Assembly: GCA_018304465.1 (NCBI GenBank)
Contig: JAGVWC010000010.1
Location: 243,473 to 307,472 of the forward strand
DNA from: Candidatus Iainarchaeum sp.
Lineage (GTDB): Archaea > Iainarchaeota > Iainarchaeia > Iainarchaeales > JAGVWC01
DNA: 64,000 bases
Direction of reading: 5' to 3'
Part shown: positions 58,716 through 64,000 of the stretch, in pieces
How positions within the stretch are numbered: the stretch's first letter is position 1
Layout: every line of letters begins with the position of its first letter
Position numbers and translations under genes: made by a program
The notes under the pieces: model-generated
What the model saw: only the letters and a program-made list of their open reading frames with translations
Told to the model about the DNA's origin: nothing
Database searches by the model: none

Positions 58716-59489
58716 ATGCCCAAAGACGAAACAGCGCCGGAATACGAACGATACAAGGATTTGTTCTCCGAAGAAAAAGAACACCGCACGTTCGCCAAAG
58801 TATTCGATTACAATACGATTCAAACCGTGCATCATTTGGCCAAAAAAGGATTCTTCGAACAACTCGAATTCGTGCTTTCAACCGGAAAAGAAGCCCACGT
58901 GTTCCGCGCCGTGGATCAAGCCGGACAATTTCGCGCCATCAAAATTTACAAAACCGACACCAGCAACTTCAAACACATGCAAGAATACATCGAAGGCGAC
59001 CGACGATTCCAAAACGTGCGCAAAGAAAAACACGCGTTGGTTCGCGCGTGGACTCAAAAAGAATACAAAAACCTCGATCTTGCGACCAGAGCGGGAATCC
59101 GGGTTCCGTTGCCCATCGCGTTTTCCGAGAACGTCTTGATCATGGAATTCATCGGGAAAAAAGGAATCCCCGCGCCGACCCTCAAAGACCAAGCCCCCAA
59201 AAACCCCGAAAAATTCCTCGACCAAGTGCTGGAAGCCGTGGCGGGACTCTACAACGCCGGACTCGTACACGCGGACTTGTCCGAATACAACATTTTGAAT
59301 CAAGACGACGAACCCGTTCTCATCGACATCGGCCAAGGCCTCTTAACGGGACACCCGCGCGCCAAAGAATTCTTCGACCGCGACATTTTGAACTTATCCA
59401 GGTATTTTTCAACCCAAGGCCTAAAAACAAACGCAAATACCATTCGAACCCAAATCAAGCAAAAAACCGAAAAAGGAAAAACGAAATGA
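58716..59489 (+). CDS. rio1: RIO1 serine/threonine kinase
   Basis: STGKEA, AIKIY, YIEGDRRF, HADLSEYN, IDIGQ. Confidence 0.95.
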   Translation: MPKDETAPEYERYKDLFSEEKEHRTFAKVFDYNTIQTVHHLAKKGFFEQLEFVLSTGKEAHVFRAVDQAGQFRAIKIYKTDTSNFKHMQEYIEGDRRFQNVRKEKHALVRAWTQKEYKNLDLATRAGIRVPLPIAFSENVLIMEFIGKKGIPAPTLKDQAPKNPEKFLDQVLEAVAGLYNAGLVHADLSEYNILNQDDEPVLIDIGQGLLTGHPRAKEFFDRDILNLSRYFSTQGLKTNANTIRTQIKQKTEKGKTK

Positions 59490-60098
59490 TGCGAACGCGA
59501 CGAATAAAACTCGGCACCATGGAAGGATGGCGCCGGCATTTTGATCGCGCAAGTATTCAAACAGACCGCCAGGTAAAAAAAACTTTCAAGACCAATTCAG
59601 GAAAACCGCAGAGGGGTGTCCCGTCAGCATCTGTTCAACCGGTTTTTTCGCGAAACAATATTTCAAGATTTTTTTCCGCCCAAACAAGCATACTTTAACC
59701 GCCTGCAAAAGCACTGGCGATCCACCATAAATCTAACGGCAAGCGAACAAGTGCATGATTTTCGAACGGCCGTCATGCGGGAACTGAACCGGATACGATC
59801 GAGACGCCGAATTTCACTCCAAAAGGCCATAGCAGAAATGCGGCGAGATTTGAAAGTCGTTTCAGCGGAAAGAGAAAAAAATCGGGCGATATTGGATTTC
59901 GAACGGCAAAAACCCGAAAACCAAGCCGGAAGCGGAAAAATCGGAGAAATTTACCATGCCAGCCTGAACCAGATGTGGGCCGTTGAAACACAAGGCGATT
60001 TAATCGAATGGACGCTCCACAAAATTGCCACCAACGCCCCGATGCATCCAAACGAACTAAAATCCCTTTTGGAAGCCAAAAACCAAAAAAATGTGTAA
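59486..60098 (+). CDS. Basic hypothetical protein, probable frameshift at an A8 run
   Basis: ATG overlaps the rio1 stop; removing one A at 59575-59582 joins it to ORF 59616-60098. Confidence 0.45.
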
Positions 60099-60247
60099 AA
60101 ACCAATCGCAAGTCTTTTTAAGGTCAACAAGCTATAGAACTATTGACCCTTCCACCCCTCCGCCAACAACGGATTTTTAAAAGTTTTATAATATATAGTA
60201 TATATTGGAGCAAATCGACCTGTTTTTGCACCCCCGAGTTGAAAAAA

Positions 60248-60778
60248 ATGGAAGAAAGTGTTCGAATCCCAAAAGAGCGCGTAGGCGCCGTCATTGGAAA
60301 AAACGGCCAGACCAAAAAAGACCTGGAAAAACACACCGGAACCCGCTTAAAAGTCGATTCGGAAAGCGGCGAAATCACGATCAAGGGAACCGAAAAAAAC
60401 CCCATTGGATTCTATAATTCTTTAAACATCATCAAAGCCATCGGACGCGGATTTTCACCGGAACGCGCGTTTATGCTAACACAAGAAAACTACATGCTTG
60501 AAATCATCGACATCAAAGACGAACTCAACGCGACCGATAAAGAACTCGAACAAAAAAAAGGCCGCATCATCGGCACCAACGGAAAAACCCGCAACGAAAT
60601 CGAAAGCAAAACCGACTGCGCGATCGCAGTATACGGAAAAACGGTTTCCATTATCGGAGAAGCGGACAAAATGCACACCGCCAAAAAAGCCATCGACATG
60701 CTTTTATCCGGCGCCACGCATTCCAAAGTCTATGGATTTTTGAACAAAAAACAATCGTTTGAAACATTCGAGATCTAA
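60248..60778 (+). CDS. KH-domain rRNA processing protein Dim2/Pno1
   Basis: RIPKERVGAVIGKNG, AIGRGFSPE, GRIIG..GKTR, H..VY. Confidence 0.93.
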   Translation: MEESVRIPKERVGAVIGKNGQTKKDLEKHTGTRLKVDSESGEITIKGTEKNPIGFYNSLNIIKAIGRGFSPERAFMLTQENYMLEIIDIKDELNATDKELEQKKGRIIGTNGKTRNEIESKTDCAIAVYGKTVSIIGEADKMHTAKKAIDMLLSGATHSKVYGFLNKKQSFETFEI

Positions 60779-60803
60779 AACCAAGAAAACAAATGGTGAT
60801 ACT

Positions 60804-62558
60804 GTGGCCGAAAAAACAAAAATAAAAACAGCAACCGTTGAAGAAATCGAAGAAAAAGACACCGGAATGACCGCCGACCAGCTGGCCAAAGAATTCAAAG
60901 AACATTCCGTAGCCGAATTCTTCAAGAAAAACAAACAAATGCTCGGATTATCCGGAAAAATAAAAACCCTTACAACGATCATCCACGAATACGTTTCCAA
61001 TTCGCTGGACGCCTGCGAAGAAGCCCACGTGCTCCCCAGCCTTGAAATCAAAATCGCGGAACTCGGCGAAGAATACTACGAAGTCACGGTCACCGACAAC
61101 GGACCCGGTCTCACCAAACAAACCATCGGAAAAGCCCTCGGACAACTGCTTGCCGGAACCAAATTCCACCGCATGATCCAACAACGCGGACAACAAGGAA
61201 TCGGAGCCGCCGGCGCCACCATGTTCTCGCTCATGACCACCGGAAAAGCCATTCAAGTCATTTCCAGCGGCGGCGACAAAGGCACGTTCATGGCCGAACT
61301 CACGATTGACCCGAAATTAAACCAACCCAAAATCATCAAAATGGAAGACGTGGACCGAAAATTCTCGGGCACCGCGATCAAAGCCAAATTCAAGGAAATC
61401 AAATACCAAAGAAGCGAACAAGGACCATTCGAATACCTGCGCCGCACCGCAATCGCGAACCCCCACGCGCAAATCACCCTGGTGGAACCCGACGGAACCA
61501 AAACCACGTTTCCGCGAACATCCAAAGTACTGCCCACCAAACCATCCGAAATCAAACCGCACCCCAAAGGCATCACGGTCGACGAACTCTTGACTTTATC
61601 GCACAAAGCCAGCGGACACAAAATCAATTCGTTCCTCAAAAACGATTTCGACCGAATGGGCGACAAAGCCATTGAAGAAATCGAAAAACAAGTTCACTTC
61701 GACCTCAACAAAGACCCCAAAAAAATGAGCTGGGAAGAAGCCGAAGAAATCGTCAAAGCATTCCAAAAAATAACGTTCATCGCGCCCCGACTCGACGGAC
61801 TGCGCCCCATCGGCGAAGAAAACATCAAAAAATCTTTACAGGAAATCGTTCAACCCGAATTCATTTCCGTCGTCGAACGAAAACCCACCGTGTACAAAGG
61901 CGGATTCTCGTTTCAAGTCGAAGCCGCGGTTGCCTGGGGCGGAAACGCCGGACGCGAAATGGGAAAAGACGATTCCGGACAAGCCGTCCGCAAAGTCGAA
62001 ATCATGCGATTTGCCAACTGCGTCCCCTTATTGTTTGACTCCGGCGGATGCGCCTTGACCAAAGCCGTCAACAGCATCGAATGGAAACGATACGGCATCA
62101 AAGACGTCGACAGCGCGCCGCTCACCGTGTTCTTACACATCTGCTCGGTTCACATTCCATACACCGGCGCCGGAAAACAAGCCGTGGCCGACGAAGACGA
62201 AGTCATGGAAGAACTCCGCCTCGCCCTCATGGACACCGGACGAAAAATCTACCGATTCGTCGCGCTCCAGCGCCGCGAAGCCGAAAAACAATTGAAACGA
62301 AAATTATTCACGAAATACGCCAAAGAAGTCGCGATCGGAATCCACGAACTCACCAAAAAACCGACCAACGACATCGAACGAAAACTATTGGACATCGTAT
62401 TGCAAAAACTAAAAATCGAAGAACAACAAGAAGCAAAAGACGACCTGCCCGAAGAATTATCGGACGAAGAAATCAAAAAATTGGAAGCCAAAGAAAAAAA
62501 AGAAAAAGACAAAAAAACGAAAAAAAGCCGTTTGGAAACAGTAGAAGGTGACGAATAA
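60804..62558 (+). CDS. top6B: DNA topoisomerase VI subunit B
   Basis: SVAEFF, EYVSNSLDACE, DNGPG, RGQQGIG, RFAN. Confidence 0.96.
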   Translation: MAEKTKIKTATVEEIEEKDTGMTADQLAKEFKEHSVAEFFKKNKQMLGLSGKIKTLTTIIHEYVSNSLDACEEAHVLPSLEIKIAELGEEYYEVTVTDNGPGLTKQTIGKALGQLLAGTKFHRMIQQRGQQGIGAAGATMFSLMTTGKAIQVISSGGDKGTFMAELTIDPKLNQPKIIKMEDVDRKFSGTAIKAKFKEIKYQRSEQGPFEYLRRTAIANPHAQITLVEPDGTKTTFPRTSKVLPTKPSEIKPHPKGITVDELLTLSHKASGHKINSFLKNDFDRMGDKAIEEIEKQVHFDLNKDPKKMSWEEAEEIVKAFQKITFIAPRLDGLRPIGEENIKKSLQEIVQPEFISVVERKPTVYKGGFSFQVEAAVAWGGNAGREMGKDDSGQAVRKVEIMRFANCVPLLFDSGGCALTKAVNSIEWKRYGIKDVDSAPLTVFLHICSVHIPYTGAGKQAVADEDEVMEELRLALMDTGRKIYRFVALQRREAEKQLKRKLFTKYAKEVAIGIHELTKKPTNDIERKLLDIVLQKLKIEEQQEAKDDLPEELSDEEIKKLEAKEKKEKDKKTKKSRLETVEGDE

Positions 62559-63661
62559 TGGCAGTAACAGACAAAAAAGACAAAGAAGTAATCCAAAAAC
62601 TCGAAAGCGTCGGCGCCGCACTCCTAAAACAAATCGACAAAAAAGAAGACCCCCAAATCGAACTGCCGGTTCGAAGCCTCAACAACATTTATTTCGACAA
62701 AAAATCAAAAACCATCAAACTCGGCGACAAAACCTCAATGCGCAACTTCCTCAACGTCGCGCACACCCGCAAATTCATGCAAAGCGTGCTGGTCGCCGCC
62801 GAAATCAAAAAAGTCATTGAAGAAGAAGCCACGGTCTCCATTCGTGATCTGTATTACGCCCTCAAACACACGATTGACGGAACCACGGAAAACACGTTTG
62901 AAGAACAAGGCGAATCCGACCCGATCATTGAAGACATCGAAGCCTCCACCAACCTGTTACGCGAAGAACTACACTTGGCGGCATCCTCCAAAGGCGTTGT
63001 TACCGGAGACCTCAAAATTCGCGACGGAAAAGACACGATCGACCTGACCAAAATGGGAAGCGGAGGATGGGGCGTACCATCCAACGTGGAACCCGAACGC
63101 ATCGAATTCAAAGACGTCAACGCCGAATACGTGCTCTTCATCGAAAAAGACGCCGTCTGGAAACGATTCAACGAAGACCAATTCTGGAGAAAAAACAAAT
63201 GCATCATCGTCACCGGACGCGGACAACCATCACGCGCCGAACGACGACTGGTCCAACGATTAAACCACGAATACGAATTACCCGTATACGCCTTAATGGA
63301 TGCCGATCCCTGGGGAATGTACATTTATTCCGTGATCAAACAAGGATCCATCTCGCTATCCTACTCCGAAGAAAAACTCGCATGCCCCGACACCAAATAC
63401 ATCGGACTCTCCACGCAAGACGTCGAAACCTACAAAATCCCAAAAGAAGTCACCATCAAACTCAACAGCCTCGACGTCAAACGCCTAAACGAAATGGCGT
63501 CCTACGAATGGTTCAAGAAAAAAGAATGGCAAGACGAATTTGCGAACATGAAACAAAAAGCCGTCAAACTGGAATTGGAAGCGTTATCCAAAAAAGGAAT
63601 CCGCTTCATCACGGAAGAATACCTTCCGGACAAAATCAAACGAAAAGACTTCCTGCCGTAA
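62558..63661 (+). CDS. top6A: DNA topoisomerase VI subunit A
   Basis: SIRDLYY, IEKDA, DADPWG, ELEAL. Confidence 0.96.
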   Translation: MAVTDKKDKEVIQKLESVGAALLKQIDKKEDPQIELPVRSLNNIYFDKKSKTIKLGDKTSMRNFLNVAHTRKFMQSVLVAAEIKKVIEEEATVSIRDLYYALKHTIDGTTENTFEEQGESDPIIEDIEASTNLLREELHLAASSKGVVTGDLKIRDGKDTIDLTKMGSGGWGVPSNVEPERIEFKDVNAEYVLFIEKDAVWKRFNEDQFWRKNKCIIVTGRGQPSRAERRLVQRLNHEYELPVYALMDADPWGMYIYSVIKQGSISLSYSEEKLACPDTKYIGLSTQDVETYKIPKEVTIKLNSLDVKRLNEMASYEWFKKKEWQDEFANMKQKAVKLELEALSKKGIRFITEEYLPDKIKRKDFLP

Positions 63662-63965
63662 AACGGAAAGCTTTTTTTCCTGTTTTTCTTTGACCAAAAA
63701 ACGATTTTGTCAAACGAACCATCGAATTTAACCAAAAAAAAAACAATTTTCCGTCTTCAAACCGCCATTTTTGATCAAGCAATAGTTCCATTCGGAATTC
63801 CAATGGCTCAAACGGAAGAACAAACCTGCCCGACACCGATTGCTTCAATCCAACACCATTGCCAAAACAATTCCCCCGCATAAAAAGGTTTCCTTGTTTC
63901 AGGCTCTGTTGAAAATGTCTGTTTTTTAAGTTGAATCGGGTTTTGTGGTTTGGGTAAGGTTAAGG

Positions 63966-63990
63966 GGGAAACCAGTTCAGGTGGTTTCCC
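63966..63990. repeat. Perfect 9-bp inverted repeat
   Basis: GGGAAACCA-7 nt-TGGTTTCCC. Confidence 0.6.
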
Positions 63991-64000
63991 AAGTGAAGAA

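Noticed and set aside
63636-63881. Small minus-strand ORF after top6A
   Set aside because: Overlaps the top6A end, spans a long homopolymer and has no convincing motif

Overview
Archaeal chromosome segment. Gene content and style suggest a DPANN lineage, possibly Ca. Diapherotrites/Iainarchaeota (inference). The first ~26 kb is accessory. It holds two polymorphic toxin/immunity-like loci with PD-(D/E)xK nuclease tips, and a putative signalling module (two KaiC-like ATPases, a tandem V4R protein, a GGGP-synthase homolog with a remodelled active site, a HAD phosphatase) flanked by three paralogous wHTH regulators and deoxyhypusine synthase. It also holds an AT-rich biosynthetic-looking island (APH kinase, GT2/B12-radical SAM fusion, rSAM/SPASM, NTase-HD, S51 peptidase, NDP-sugar epimerase, truncated NDP-sugar dehydrogenase). 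The remaining ~38 kb is core: the exosome/proteasome/RNase P superoperon, ttuA, a free-standing LAGLIDADG gene abutting tRNA-Val, tRNA-Ala, ftsZ, Sm, an intein-containing MinD, aIF5A, a MetRS fused to a B3/4 domain, MCM with two inteins, aIF2-beta, aIF1A (probable AUC start), RIO1, Dim2 and topoisomerase VI. All calls come from motif reading; no database searches were run.
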